Positions 1 to 12,077 are shown, counted from the first letter of the stretch. The stretch: DNA of 64,000 bases from an uncultured Planctomycetaceae bacterium (GCA_963813715.1 CAWFAK010000005.1:608001-672000); one strand, 5' to 3'. Notes: generated by a model not told the origin, from the sequence alone. Made by a program: numbers and translations.

Positions 1-461
1 CGGGTTGGGCGGCCAGCCTTTTCGGGGTGCTGGCGCTTCAATATCTGCCGGACCGGTTCTTCGGCGAGCACAGCGTTTGCGGTCCTTGGGGCTGCGGGGC
101 GCCCCTGCCGGCGCTCTTGGCTTGTCACGGATTTTGGCTCGTGCTCTTTGCGCCGGCGACGATCTTCGCCGCGCGGCGGCTGGGACCGCGGGCCGTTTGG
201 CGAATCGGCGCGACGCTCGTCACGCTGGCGGGCGTCGGCCTGGTGAGCGTCGGCGTGTGGCAAGCGCTGACCTGGTGGTCGGCCGTTGACAACTCACTGC
301 ACCGGTTTGCCGGCCAGCGCTACCTGTTCGTGCTGGCGACGCTCGTCGACGTGCCCGTGCTCGAGACGTTGCTGGCGGGAGTGACGCTCTGGTGGGCCGG
401 CATTTGGCGCGAGCGGCCGGCCGTGGTCGCTCAGCGTTTGGAATCGCAGGCGGGCAATTGA
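1..461 (+). CDS. Multi-pass membrane protein, 5' end outside the window
   Basis: Open frame from the window edge with several hydrophobic segments; stop at 459-461. Confidence 0.6.
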   Translation, partial: GWAASLFGVLALQYLPDRFFGEHSVCGPWGCGAPLPALLACHGFWLVLFAPATIFAARRLGPRAVWRIGATLVTLAGVGLVSVGVWQALTWWSAVDNSLHRFAGQRYLFVLATLVDVPVLETLLAGVTLWWAGIWRERPAVVAQRLESQAGN

Positions 462-553
462 CGAGACTGGCACTGACGCTTCCACAGTCGACGCCTGTTT
501 GACAGCCGAACTTTAGACTCCTGAAGAAATTCCTGAAGCAACTCCCGACGCGA

Positions 554-1604
554 ATGTGCCGAACCATGAATACACGCGGACAGCTGAACCCGGCGGTGGC
601 AACGATTGTCGTGTTGATGGTTGTCGCCGTGGCAGGAAGGCCAGAGCTATCGGCTGGTGAGCCGGCGGCCGTCGAGCAGTTGCGGATCAACGAGTTGCAA
701 TTCCTCGGCACGCACAACAGTTATCACGTTCGCGACCCGGCCAAGCCGAACAAGAATTTCCCCGACTGGAGCTACAGTCACGCGCCGCTCGACGTGCAAC
801 TCGAGCGTGGCGTCCGCAGCTTCGAGCTCGATTTGCAGTATCGCAACGGGGAGTTTCAGGTCTTTCACGTGGCCATGCTCGACGAAGGCTCGACGTGCCG
901 CACGCTCAAGGAGGGGCTGGAAACGGTCCGCCGCTGGGCGGACGCGCACTCGCGGCACTTGCCGATTTCGATTCTCTTCGAACTCAAGCAGGAGGGGCCG
1001 ATGCTCGACCCGACGGTGAAGATTCCGGACGCCGCCGCCCTCGACCAGCTCGACCGGCTGTTGCTCTCGGTCTTTCCCCGCGATCGCACCATCACCCCCG
1101 ACGACGTGCGGGGCCGCGCGGCCACGCTGCGCGATGCCGTGCAAAACTCGGGCTGGCCCACGCTCGAATCGGCCCGGGGCAAAGTGTTCTACATCCTGCA
1201 CGACGAACGGAAGGAGCGAGAGCTCTACACACACGATCATCCTTCGCTCAAAGGGCGGGTGATGTTCGTGCCGCTCCGACGAGAGTCGCGATGATGCCGC
1301 CACACTGGTGATGGATGACCCGCGGGACGCGAACATTCCGCGGCTGGTGAAGGCCGGCTATTTCATCCGCACGCGGGCCGACTCGGGCCTCAGGACGAAG
1401 GGGCCGCGGCCAGCGGCGCGGCGCACGGCGGCCTTCGCCAGCGGCGCCCAGATCGTCAGCACCGATTTCCCGCCGGGCGAAGCACAGGCCCAGACGGGAT
1501 TTGTCGTTGAGTTCGAGGGGGCGCCGCCGAGTCAGGTTAATCCGGGGCGTGTGAATCCGGTGAACGGGCCCGAAACACTGCGCGGGCAGGCGCTCGACCG
1601 CTGA
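554..1604 (+). CDS. Secreted phosphoinositide-specific phospholipase C-like phosphodiesterase (frameshift near 1270)
   Basis: Signal peptide, QFLGTHNSYH and GVRSFELD motifs; C-terminal RTRAD and GAQIVSTDFP in the second frame (1308-1604). Confidence 0.8.
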
Positions 1605-1704
1605 ACGAAAGTCCAAATATCCCCCACCCTCACTCGAACCCAGACAGGCCGAAGTCGTCGCCACCTACTATCATTCTGCTTCTGACGTTCGACTGTTCTG
1701 ACGA

Positions 1705-3022
1705 TTGACCGCGGACCCTGGATCGTCGACTGTGAGTGAAACCGGTGCGTGGGCCCCGTTCCGCTGGGCCGACTTTCGCAGCCTGTTCGCGGCCGCCTTT
1801 TGTTCGACCCTGGCGAGCCGCGCGCTCGCCGTTGTGCTGGGCTACGAAGTCTACGAGCTGACGGGCAATCCGCTGGCGCTGGGCCTGTTGGGACTCATCG
1901 AGGCGATTCCTTCGCTTTCGCTCGCGCTTTATGGCGGACACATCGCCGACCGGCACGACCGCCGCTCGATTCTGCGAATCACGCTGGGAGCGCTAATCTT
2001 CTGCGCGGGCGCTTTCGCTGTTGGGCGCGAGCGACGTGGGCGGGCTCAAGCTGACGCTGCTCTACAGCGTGGTCTTTATCGCCGGCATCGCCCGCGGGTT
2101 CGCCGAGCCGGCCGCGTCGGCCCTCGAAGCCCAGGTGGTGCCATGGGAGGTTCTGGTCAATTCGTCCACGCTGATGGCCAGCTGCTGGACGACGGCCGCC
2201 GTTATCGGACCACTCGCGGGCGGTTTCGCCTATCAACAACTGGGGCCGGCCAAGACCTATCTGGGGATCGGCATCCTCTACGCGCTGGGCTGGGTGAACA
2301 TCACGCGGATCGCCCGCCGGCCGCGGCCGCCGGCCCCCGAGGGAGAATCGGTGTGGCAAAGCGTGGCCGAGGGGGTGCGTTACGTCCTTTCCAACCAGGT
2401 GCTTTTAGGCTCGATGTCGCTCGATTTGTTCGCCGTGCTTTTCGGCGGGGCCATCGCGCTCTTGCCGATTTTCGCCCGCGACATTCTGCACGTCGGTCCC
2501 AGCGGCCTGGGCATGCTCAACGCGGCCCCGACGGCCGGCGCGCTCCTCACGACACTGGTCGCCAGCCGCCATCCGCCCGTGCGTCACGCCGGCCGCAATC
2601 TGATCCTGGCCGTCGCCGGCTTCGGCGTGTCGATGATCGTCTTTGCCTTCTCGCGCTCGTTCTGGCTGTCGCTCGTGGCGCTCGCCTTTAGCGGCGTTTT
2701 CGACGGCGTGAGCGTCGTGATTCGCCGGGCGATCATCCGTCTCTTCTCGCCCGATCGGCTCCGCGGGCGCATCGCCTCGGTGAGCATGATCTTTATCGGC
2801 TCCTCGAACGAGCTGGGCGCATTCGAGAGCGGCGTCACGGCGGCCTGGCTAGGGACGGTCCGCTCGGTCTGGGCGGGAGGCATTCTGACGCTGCTCGTGG
2901 TGGCCATCGCCTCCGGAGCCACGCCCGAGCTCAGGCGCTTGAGCCTCGACCCGGGCCAGGTCGTCCGCCGCGACGAAGAAGTCGACCGCGAGCTGGACAA
3001 GGAAGCAGTCGAGAACCTCTAA
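1705..3022 (+). CDS. MFS transporter (frameshift near 2020)
   Basis: GGHIADRHDRR motif A; ORFs 1705 and 2021 join into a multi-TM protein. Confidence 0.85.
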
Positions 3023-3107
3023 GCCGCGGCGCAAAGCACCGACGCATCCCAGTGGCCGGCCCGCCTCCGAGAAAACGGTCGTTTGATGGCAACATGGGGC
3101 GACTTTC

Positions 3108-3857
3108 TCAGAGTTCGAGCGCAAGTGTCTCGTCAAAGAGTCTAAACAAAGCTGCCCAGTGGCGCTCGGCGGCGGCCTGGTCGAACGAGGGAAGGTCCGG
3201 AACTGCGAAGCCATGACGCGCGGGATAAGTCTCGACCAAATGGTCCACCCCCGCCTCGGTCAACGCCCTTTCGAGGCGGTTCCTCTGTTCTTCGGGGAAT
3301 GACGCGTCCTCGACTGCACCGGCAACATAGACGCGGCCCGTTATTCTTCCCACGAAGAGATGAGGGCTATCAGGCTTGTCCGTGGCCAAATTGCCGCCGT
3401 GGAACGACGCGATCGCCGCAAATCGATCCGGGAACGCGCCGGCAGCAGTCAAGGAAGCGTTACCACCCATGCAATACCCCGTGGCACCGAATCGATTGCC
3501 TTTCACCTCGGGGCGTGATGACAGAAATTCGATGAAGGCGGCCGCGTCGGAAATTTTCCGGTCACGATCCAGGCTACTGGCGCATTTCAATAACTCTTCG
3601 CGTAAATTTGGGTCGGCCAACACCTGAGAGGGAACCTTCGGCGGATAACTCCCCAGGCGGTAATAGAGATCGGGCAGCAGCACGAGATAGCCACGATCAG
3701 CCAAACGCTGGCCCATCTCCCACATCACTGGGCGGATCCCGAGACCGTCCATGAAGAAGATCACGCCAGGCCAGGGACCCACGACGTCGCCAGGGGTAAG
3801 GACTGAAGCCGGGCAGATTCCGTCGCGAGTCTTGATGGTGGCGTCAAGGCGGGGCAC
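3108..3857 (-). CDS. Dienelactone hydrolase family protein
   Basis: GYCMGG nucleophile elbow, PDLYYR, HGFAVPD. Confidence 0.9.
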   Translation of the reverse strand: MPRLDATIKTRDGICPASVLTPGDVVGPWPGVIFFMDGLGIRPVMWEMGQRLADRGYLVLLPDLYYRLGSYPPKVPSQVLADPNLREELLKCASSLDRDRKISDAAAFIEFLSSRPEVKGNRFGATGYCMGGNASLTAAGAFPDRFAAIASFHGGNLATDKPDSPHLFVGRITGRVYVAGAVEDASFPEEQRNRLERALTEAGVDHLVETYPARHGFAVPDLPSFDQAAAERHWAALFRLFDETLALEL

Positions 3858-3960
3858 GGGCGCGTTCCTCCAAGAATTACGTCAGGACGCACATCAAGTC
3901 TGACAACAGAGCAATTCCGTGATCGCCTCTTCCTCTCTGCATTCAGTATTCTCACGACCG

Positions 3961-4575
3961 TTAACGGGAGAGTTTTTTCTCGAGGTAGAGGCGGTTCATC
4001 TCGCGGAGTTCCGACAGCGCACCGGGTCTGAAGAACGAGTCCGGTTCGATCGTCCACGTCTTCATCGTTTTCATGTTGTTCATGAGGACGGCGGCAATGC
4101 CCGCAGCCGTCCCCGCGGGCAGCTGCGGCGCGCGAAGCCTCAAAAGCCCCGCGATCCGCGAGAGCACGGTGTCGCACAGCTCCTCGCGTTTCGCCGACAA
4201 TTCCCTGCGCGCTTCGAGCAAGGCCACGATCGCCTGCGACTCGGGTTGCAGTTCGACGAAAAATCCGATCAGCGCATCTGCCAGCTCGCCAATCGACACC
4301 GTGCTGACCCGGTGTTCGATCTTGGCGAACGCGGCATCGAGGATTTCCCCGTACCGACGGAGCAGTGCGTCCGCCAAAACCTCTTTGTTGGGAAAGAAGT
4401 GGTACAGCGATCCGATGTGCGCGCTGCCGTGCGCGGCGATCTCGGCCATCGTTGCCGCCTCGTAACCCCGCTCGGCGATTACTTCAGTCGCTGCCGCGAG
4501 CAGTGATGCGACGCGGAGTTCCCCGGGTCTGCGACTCGGGTTGAGCGCCACGCGTCGACGTTTCAATTTCGGCAT
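3961..4575 (-). CDS. TetR/AcrR family regulator
   Basis: N-terminal HTH (GYEAATMAEIA...GSLYHFFPNKE); ATG at 4575. Confidence 0.9.
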   Translation of the reverse strand: MPKLKRRRVALNPSRRPGELRVASLLAAATEVIAERGYEAATMAEIAAHGSAHIGSLYHFFPNKEVLADALLRRYGEILDAAFAKIEHRVSTVSIGELADALIGFFVELQPESQAIVALLEARRELSAKREELCDTVLSRIAGLLRLRAPQLPAGTAAGIAAVLMNNMKTMKTWTIEPDSFFRPGALSELREMNRLYLEKKLSR

Positions 4576-4577
4576 TT

Positions 4578-4658
4578 TTGAGCCCACCCTCAAATTAGTT
4601 TTGACATCTTTGAGCCCATCCTCAATTATTACCACTAGATACTTGAGTGTTAACTCAA
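4578..4658. promoter_or_regulatory. Three TTGAG-N6-CTCAA palindromes (candidate TetR operators) in a divergent promoter
   Basis: Sites at 4578-4593, 4610-4625 and 4643-4658; TTGACA at 4601. Confidence 0.75.
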
Positions 4659-4728
4659 ATAAATCAGGAGCATGGGTCGGTTGTCAAGAGCCAAATGCCT
4701 CCTGCCACTTTCCGAGAGACGTGCAAAC

Positions 4729-5046
4729 ATGAATCCCACCCTGATCGGTCGCCATCCGCGAATGCCTCTCGTCTGGTCGGCCGTTGGCCGGACTGCTCGA
4801 TTGTCGATCTTCGGGTTCGTCGGCTGGTTCTGGTTCATCAGCGGAAACGACTCCACCGGCAGAGCTGTGTCAATTGTCGCGGCCCTGGTTCTTGCCGCCC
4901 TCGCCGGCGTCACGTGGTATGCGTCCCGAGCCCGCACCGACAGGCGGTGGCGGGCTGTATTGGATCGTTACGCCACACGAGAACTCATGAAAAGGACCGG
5001 CTCCGGAAGGGGCCCTCGTTCGCGTCCTAACTCGATAGTGGGTTAA
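4729..5046 (+). CDS. Small two-TM hypothetical protein
   Basis: Two hydrophobic helices; first gene downstream of the operators. Confidence 0.55.
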   Translation: MNPTLIGRHPRMPLVWSAVGRTARLSIFGFVGWFWFISGNDSTGRAVSIVAALVLAALAGVTWYASRARTDRRWRAVLDRYATRELMKRTGSGRGPRSRPNSIVG

Positions 5047-5099
5047 CCAACTCGTGGTCCGGAATTGTGCGTCGTAGTCACCAACTTTGGATCAAGAAT

Positions 5100-5384
5100 A
5101 TGAGCAACAACGATCAAGGTCGGACTTGTGGACAAGTCGTCCGGGCCGAGAATCTCGCGGCCGAACTCACCCATGCTGTCTATCCTCTGCTGCTTCGGCG
5201 CGGGTTGAAGGATTCGTGGCTCAAGACGGAACTGATTGTCTGGAAGCGTTTGACAAGAACGATCACGCGATGGATCGCAGAGCGGCCGCGAGCAACGACA
5301 GCGCGTGAACTTGAGGTCCTGCGGGCACGCCTACTCGCGGGCGATTCCGATGAGCTTGCTCCGTCGCTTTGCAGCGGCAGCTGA
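5100..5384 (+). CDS. Hypothetical protein
   Basis: ORF co-oriented within the putative operon; start uncertain. Confidence 0.45.
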   Translation: MSNNDQGRTCGQVVRAENLAAELTHAVYPLLLRRGLKDSWLKTELIVWKRLTRTITRWIAERPRATTARELEVLRARLLAGDSDELAPSLCSGS

Positions 5385-5458
5385 GCAACTCAGCGCCCGA
5401 ACTTCGTGATGCCCGCGGCTGGGCCTTTATCCGAGTTCGTCGATAGGAAGCGGTTCTT

Positions 5459-7267
5459 ATGACAACGCGATCACATGCTCGTGCTCTGATGTTGGTCCTT
5501 GGACTGTCCGTCGGCGCGACCGGATGCGCTCGGGCGCCGTCGGCCCTGCCACCCGCGCCGCCGGTCGCGGTCACTGTCAGTCATCCCGTCGAGCGATACG
5601 TCACCGACTACGCGGATTTCACTGCTCGGATCGCCGCCGTCGATTCCGTCGAGGTGTGCGCGCACGTCTGGGGATACCTGCAGAAGGTCAACTTCCGCGA
5701 AGGGGACCTTGTCGAAAAAGGGCGAGTGCTCTTTGAGCTGGATCCACGTCCCTACCAAGCGCTCCTGAACCAGGCGAAGGCAAAGGTCACTCAGGACAAA
5801 ACGCAACTCGCATTCGATGAGGCGGAATACCAGCGGAACCTTCAGCTTTACCAAAGGACGGCGGTCACCCGTTCGCAACTGGACAAGGCTGCCGCGACGC
5901 GCGACATCGATCTGGCCAACATCGAGGCTGACAACGCGGCCGTCGCGACCAACGCGCTCAACCTGGAATACACGAAAATCACCGCCCCGGTCAGTGGGCG
6001 CGTCAGCCGCTACGACGTGACCGTGGGCAATCTCATTCTTTCGGGGGACCAGGGAGGCAGCGGCGGCACGCTCCTGACCATGATCGTCTCGGTGGATCCG
6101 ATGTATGCCTACTTCGACGTCGACGAACTCACCGTCCAGCGCGCCCGACAGTTGGTCCGCGCCGGCAAGCTGAAATCGCACGACGAAGCCACGCTCTCCG
6201 TGTCCCTCGGTTTGGCCGCGGAAGAGGGGTTTCCCCGTGCGGGCACGGTCAATTTCGTAGACAACCAGGTCAATCCGAAGATGGGCACGCTGCGCACCCG
6301 AGGCGTGTTTCCCAACACAGATGGAGCGCTCACCCCCGGCTTCTTCGCCCGCGTGCGGATTCCCGTGAGCCCACCGCACCAAGCCATGCTGGTGAGCGAA
6401 CGTGCTCTCGACAGCGACCAGGGGCAGAAGGTCGTTTACGTCGTCGACAAAGACATGTTTCCGGCGGCACCGATCGCCGGTGCCTTCCTGCCCGAGATGA
6501 GCACGGGTGACGTCCTGGCGACCATGGAGCGTCTCGCCGACCAGGAACTGCCGAAAAACATGGCTTACGAGTGGACCGAACTGAGCTATCTGCAGAAGCT
6601 GGCGAGCAAGGTCGTCGAGTTTCGAGACCTGCGGCAGAACCCGTTGAGCGCCTACGTGCTGGGGGCCGTGCTGGTCTTCTTCGTTCTCGCTGGCCTCTAC
6701 GAGGGATGGTCGCTGCCTCTGGCGGTGATCCTGGTCGTGCCGATGTGCGTGCTCTGCGCCCTGGCCGGTGTCTTCTTCCGCAGCCTGGACAACAACTTGT
6801 TCACTCAGATCGGGTTCGTGGTGCTCATCGGCCTGGCGTGTAAGAACGCGATTTTGATCGTCGAGTTCGCCCGCGATCGCCAGCTCGAGGGCAAGTCCGC
6901 GTTCGAAGCCGCGGTGGAAGCAGCGCGGGTGCGGCTGCGGCCGATCGTGATGACAACGTTTTGCTTCATTCACATGGTGCCGCCGTACTTCGCCTCGGGC
7001 GCCGGCGCGGAGATGCGCCGCTCGGTGGGCACCGCGATGTTGTGGGGGGCCTTTGGCGTGACGCTCTTCGGGATCTTCCTGACGCCGATGTTCTTCTACG
7101 TCATCCGAAGGCATGTCCGAGTGCGACCGCCAGCCCTCGAGCCAGCCACTGACGCGGTCGACGGCTGGCGCCGGCCGTACGGGTTGTCGACGGTTGTCTC
7201 GATGTCCGGAAATGAGGAGCCTGGTCACGGGAACGGCCTGGGAGGCCGGTTGCCGCATCGCTCCTAA
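5459..7267 (+). CDS. RND efflux periplasmic adaptor fused in frame to the C-terminal part of an AcrB-type permease
   Basis: Lipoprotein signal and MFP motifs (ITAPVSGRV, FVDNQVNPKMGT), then YEWTELSY, IGLACKNAILIVEFA and RLRPIVMT of RND TM7-12. Confidence 0.8.
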   Translation: MTTRSHARALMLVLGLSVGATGCARAPSALPPAPPVAVTVSHPVERYVTDYADFTARIAAVDSVEVCAHVWGYLQKVNFREGDLVEKGRVLFELDPRPYQALLNQAKAKVTQDKTQLAFDEAEYQRNLQLYQRTAVTRSQLDKAAATRDIDLANIEADNAAVATNALNLEYTKITAPVSGRVSRYDVTVGNLILSGDQGGSGGTLLTMIVSVDPMYAYFDVDELTVQRARQLVRAGKLKSHDEATLSVSLGLAAEEGFPRAGTVNFVDNQVNPKMGTLRTRGVFPNTDGALTPGFFARVRIPVSPPHQAMLVSERALDSDQGQKVVYVVDKDMFPAAPIAGAFLPEMSTGDVLATMERLADQELPKNMAYEWTELSYLQKLASKVVEFRDLRQNPLSAYVLGAVLVFFVLAGLYEGWSLPLAVILVVPMCVLCALAGVFFRSLDNNLFTQIGFVVLIGLACKNAILIVEFARDRQLEGKSAFEAAVEAARVRLRPIVMTTFCFIHMVPPYFASGAGAEMRRSVGTAMLWGAFGVTLFGIFLTPMFFYVIRRHVRVRPPALEPATDAVDGWRRPYGLSTVVSMSGNEEPGHGNGLGGRLPHRS

Positions 7268-7283
7268 TCAGGAGGGGGGTCCG

Positions 7284-7992
7284 ATGACTATTAGTCATAT
7301 GCAGCACCCGCCCGCACCTCTGCTAACACAAGAGGCGCTGGCGACCGTCGCACACGAGTTGCGTGATCCACTCGCTGCCGTTCTTTTCGCGCTGGAAGCG
7401 CTCCCCGGGAATGCGGATCCGGACATCCGACGAGCACGCTCGATTGCGCAGCATCAGGCGCGGCGGGCCGTGCAGATTGTGGACGACCTCTTCGAGCTCT
7501 GCGCCGCGTCTCAGGATCGGCTGCACCTTCACAAGGAAGTTGTGGAACTGGCCGTCATCGTGGCGGGCGCGACGGACGTGACCTGCGCACCTGCTCGCCG
7601 CTCGGGGGCACCGGCTAATGGTTTCGCTGCCAACCTCGCCGGTGTTTCTTTCCGCCGACCCCTTGCGGCTCGAGCAGGTGCTGACGAACCTGCTCGCTAA
7701 CGCAGCTAAGTATACCGACCCCGGAGGCGATCTCCGGCTAACCGCGGAGGCCGAACCGGGGGAAATCGTGCTGCGAGTCCGAGACAACGGAAGAGGGATC
7801 GCTCCGGAGTTTCAGTCGCGATTGTTCGAACGATTCTGGCAAGGCTCGGAGGAAAACGCTGCGGGAGGCATCGGACTCGGGCTGGCCCTGGTCAAGTCCC
7901 TGGTCGAGCTGCATGGGGGCAGCGTCGCCGCCTACAGCGATGGCCTCGGCGCGGGGGCCGAGTTCATCGTTCATCTACCAACCCTAATGTAG
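7284..7992 (+). CDS. Sensor-less histidine kinase, HisKA plus HATPase (frameshift near 7580)
   Basis: RBS GGAGG; H-box AHELRDP; N-box NLLANAAKY; G1 DNGRGI; G2 GIGLGL. Confidence 0.8.
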
Positions 7993-8342
7993 CGGCCGTT
8001 GCGCCTTGCTGCCGTGCTCACTGGGCTCTCCCTGAGCGTGTACGCAGCAGCGCCGCGCAGGCGTCGGGCAGGTCGACGAGACTCCGAATCGGACCGGCAA
8101 GCTAAACAGAAAACGTTCCTCAGATGGAACGTCCTGGATTCGACGAGTTTCTGGGACTCCGCCGCTGCCCTGGTGCATTCATTGCCGTTCGGAATCGGAC
8201 AAGCTGCCGCGACGGCGAGCGCCGCGTTCCGCAATAGGGTCGTTTGACCGACTTGTGAACCCCGGTCATCGGCAATGGGATTCGGCTGCACCAAAGCTTG
8301 GGCCATTCCAAGTTAGCCCCATCGCGCACCGCCTACCCTGAG

Positions 8343-9274
8343 TCATTCAACAATTTTCGCGTTCGGCAGCGATTTACGGAGTTCCGCCAGGCCGGCGTCG
8401 GTGATCCTGGTGTCATTGAGCCAGAGCTTCGCCAGTTTCTTGAGCTGTCCGATCTCTTTGACGCCGACGTCCGTGATCCGGGTTTTGATAAGGCAGAGTG
8501 TCGTCAGGTTCTTAAGTTCCCGGAGCTCCTTCAGTCCGGCATCCGCGATCGCCGTGTTTCTGAGGTCGAGCTCGGTGAGGTTCTTGAGTCCGCGTAGCTC
8601 CTTGAGTGCGCCGTCGGTAATTCGGGTATCGCCGAGGTTGAGGTCTGTCAGAATCTTGTGCTCGCCCAGTTCCTTCAGACCCGCGTTTGTGATCCCCGTA
8701 TGGTCAACGGCCAGGTTCGTTACATTTGTCAGCCCTCGGAGCTCCCGTAAGCCAGCGTCCGTGATGTGCGCGAAACCGAGCTCGAGCCTTGTCAGGTTCT
8801 TGAGGGGCCTGAGCTCTTTCAGGCCGGCATCGGTGATGGCGCTACGGGGACTGCTGAGGAAGAGTGTCGTCAGGTTCTTGAGTGCTTTGAACTCCGCCAA
8901 ATCGGCGTCTGTGACAACAGGCCCGAGGACAACAAGCTCCTTGAGGTTCTTGAGCTTCCCGAGCCCTTTCAGGCCGGTTTTGGGCACCTCGGCCCCAAAT
9001 AAGCCCAGCGACCAGAGAGTGTTGCATTCGCTCAGCTCCCTCATGCCGGCATCCGAGACGCCGATATAGAGGTTGAATTCATTCAGTTTCTGTTCGCGCA
9101 GACCCTTCAGGTCAGTCACGCTGTTGGGAAATTTCCGCTTGCTTTCCCGGATCTTCGAGATGTCGTCGAGATCGCCTTGGGCGATTAGGGAATTGTTGAG
9201 TGCTATCACTGCGGCAACAACCAGCGCGCGTGGAAGCGGAGCCTTCGGAGGTGGCGACTAAAGCAGTCGCTCAT
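8343..9274 (-). CDS. Leucine-rich repeat protein with 24-aa repeats (probable frameshift near the signal peptide)
   Basis: Repeats of the form LKELxxLKNLTxLxLxxTxITDAG; ORF 8343-9209; start at 9274 inferred. Confidence 0.85.
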
Positions 9275-9876
9275 CAGCACTGCCTTTGGCTGTCGATCAA
9301 TTGTGGTCTGAGAATTTGACGTCTCGCGGCCCCGCGCGACAAAACGGTGCCTTGCCGTGGGGCCGACATCGGCTTCAGGAACCCTTGCGCTTTTGATCAC
9401 GCGAAGCTGAGGGATGAGCGCTTTTGGGTGCATCCTCCACGGGCGCGATTGCAACCTTAAGTCCCCGGGGCAACTGGCAGGCGTGAACATTGAGGGAAGC
9501 AACTCTCGCAGTTGTCCGGCGAGCCGCTGGTAGTACGGTGCACCTTGAGCTTCCGCGGAATTGACCGGTGGATCTCCAGCGCCTGCCAGTAGCCCGCAGC
9601 GGAATCCCCCTTGGAACGACAGGGCATACGCACACATCTCGTATCTAACAGCCCCGCGCGTTGAACGCAAAAGGAATCTCGTGTGGCGATCTTCAGAAAA
9701 CCTTCCTCAAGTGGAACTTCCCGGAAACCAAGAGTTTTTGAAACTCGATTGATGGAAGACCGATCGCGCGGGCGTTCGAAATCGGACGAAGGGCGCGATA
9801 GCGATGCCGCCCCCGCAAATGGGTTGTTTTTGGCGATCCCAGCAAAAGGATTGAGTTTTTGCGGACTGCGGCGTTC

Positions 9877-11437
9877 TCAGAACGTGCTGATGACCGCCGT
9901 TTCCGCGTCGCCATCCGTGTCGCCATCGTGTGATGGTGATAGTGCACGGCACACTTCACCGCGTAGGAGAATAGAACCGACGGATCACGACGCGATCTCA
10001 ATAATCTGGCGATTCGGCGGCGATACTCCGCTCGCAGCCGATCGTCGGACACCTGACGCATCAGTGCGAGTAAATCCCCAAGAATCGCACGAGATTGGTG
10101 GCTTGCGATCTCAGCCCCTGCGAGGGATGCCTGCGCCGAAGCGCTCGATCGGGCCATCGCAAATCGGAAGCGGTCCTTCAGGAATAAGTCGTCAACACGA
10201 TCGAAATACTCCGCGGGTGCATAAACTTCCCGCATCAACTCGAGGTACCCGTCCGCAGCTCCTCTCGGCTCATTAAGAGCGGAATCACATTGGTGCCATA
10301 AGGCGTCTCGTCATCGAGATCGAGACGATTCGCGGCGGCCAGTCGGTCGTAGAGGGGTGTTTTCGGAATCGCGTGCAGCATGCCGATCATGGCGTGGGCA
10401 ATCCGCGCCTCCTGGAGAAACTGCCTGTGCGCTTCAAAGATCGAGGCGTCATCGTGATCGAAACCGAGAATCATCCCGCACCAGACGTCCAGGCCGGCTC
10501 TCTGAATCGTTCGGACCTTGTCGATCATCGAGCCCCCTTTGCGGACGTTCTGAAACTTCTTAGTTTCGCGGAGGGAGGCTTCATTCGGACTCTCGATTCC
10601 GACAAACACGCTCACGAAGTTCGCTTGGACCATCAGGCGCATCAACTCTTCGTCTTCCGCCAGATCCAGTGATGCCTCGGTGAAAAACATCAGCGGATAG
10701 CCGTTCCGGCGCTGCCACTCGGCCAGATCCCGCAACACGGCCTTGATCGCCGTTTTGTTGCCGATCAAGTTGTCATCCACGACGAAGACGATCTCCATCC
10801 TCTGCGCGAGCAGGGCTTCCAGCTCGGAAATCACTTGGGCGGACGTTTTCAGACGCGGCCGTCGACCGAACGTGACGATGATGTCGAGAACCGCATTGAA
10901 ACGGGCAGCCTCGGGAAAACTGCGTGCTGCCGAACATGTAGTGACGCATCATCAGCCGATCCCAGCGCGGAACCGGTACCTTGGTCATGTCGGACTGGCT
11001 CGTCTGCTCGTAACGCCGCTGTGGTACACCCTGCTGCCAGTCGCGCAAAAAACGGGGCCACGTCTCTTCTGCCTCTCCCACAAAAATCACGTCCGCGAGG
11101 CCGGCGAAATAGTCTTCCTGGACGGTCACCCAGGGTCCGCCGACCACAAGGAATCCGCCGCGCCGCTTAACCTCCTGCGCGATCTCTCGCATCCGAGAGC
11201 GCTGCACACGCTCATTCCGGTGATGCCCACGATGTCCGCTCGAGCGAGACGCTCGAAATCGAGCGTCTCGACGCTCTCGTCCACGAGCGTCACGCCGTGC
11301 TCCGGGGGAGTCAGTGCCGCCAGCAAGGGCAAACTTGCCGGAGGCACATTGGCTCGCTTGCCGAACAGCGGCAATGCGTGCTCCAGCCCCCAATACGACG
11401 TCTCGAACGCCGGGTTGACGAGCACGACGTCTGCCAT
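9877..11437 (-). CDS. B12-binding radical SAM protein (several frameshifts)
   Basis: MADVVLVNP...LPLLAALTP B12-binding domain, QFSRGCPFQC, VDDNLIGN, VGIES; stop position inferred. Confidence 0.8.
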
Positions 11438-12077
11438 GATCGGCCTCAACGGGACTGTAAGAGTTCGCTCAAACGATTGCGACCCTCGTTGAGGATGAAA
11501 TCGCGCCAGGTCGGCCAGCCAAGTTTCTCGGCGGGCAACGCGTCCGCCACCCCGCCAGAGCATTCTCGATGTCGGATTGGGTCACCGGATGCGGCGGTCC
11601 CAATGGTACCAGGATCAATCCGCCAACGCGCGCCTTAGCACAAATCTCAGTCAATCGGGACGGGGCCACTGCGTCTGCAACTACCGTCGATTCTCGGTTC
11701 GGCCGTGAAAACGGACGAGTTGATGCGGTACACGGAACAGTGTGCTGAAAAACGAATTGAGTTTCCGCTGTCCGTCGGAGCGGCACTTATCGGTCGTCAA
11801 GCGATTTCTGATTGCTCCTCCCGCTGATGTCCGTCGCGCTCCAAGACTTGAGTCGCACGTCGAGGCGGAAGATTCAGTTCTGCCTTAGCCTGGGCCAGTC
11901 TATTGTCAGCCACATTCCCGGCGTTACCGACGTAGCCGCGGCGCTCCGGAGCTTGATCGCGTGACAGTCGTTGAAGCGCGCCTCCGCAAGAATGCGGTGT
12001 CCGTCAGTTTTTGCGTGGTAGCAGATCACCATTTCGTTAAACGTCCGGCAGCGGGGCTAAACCAAATCGTCCATGCC

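Noticed and set aside
8343..9100. 72-bp DNA periodicity
   Set aside because: Explained by the 24-aa LRR coding repeats
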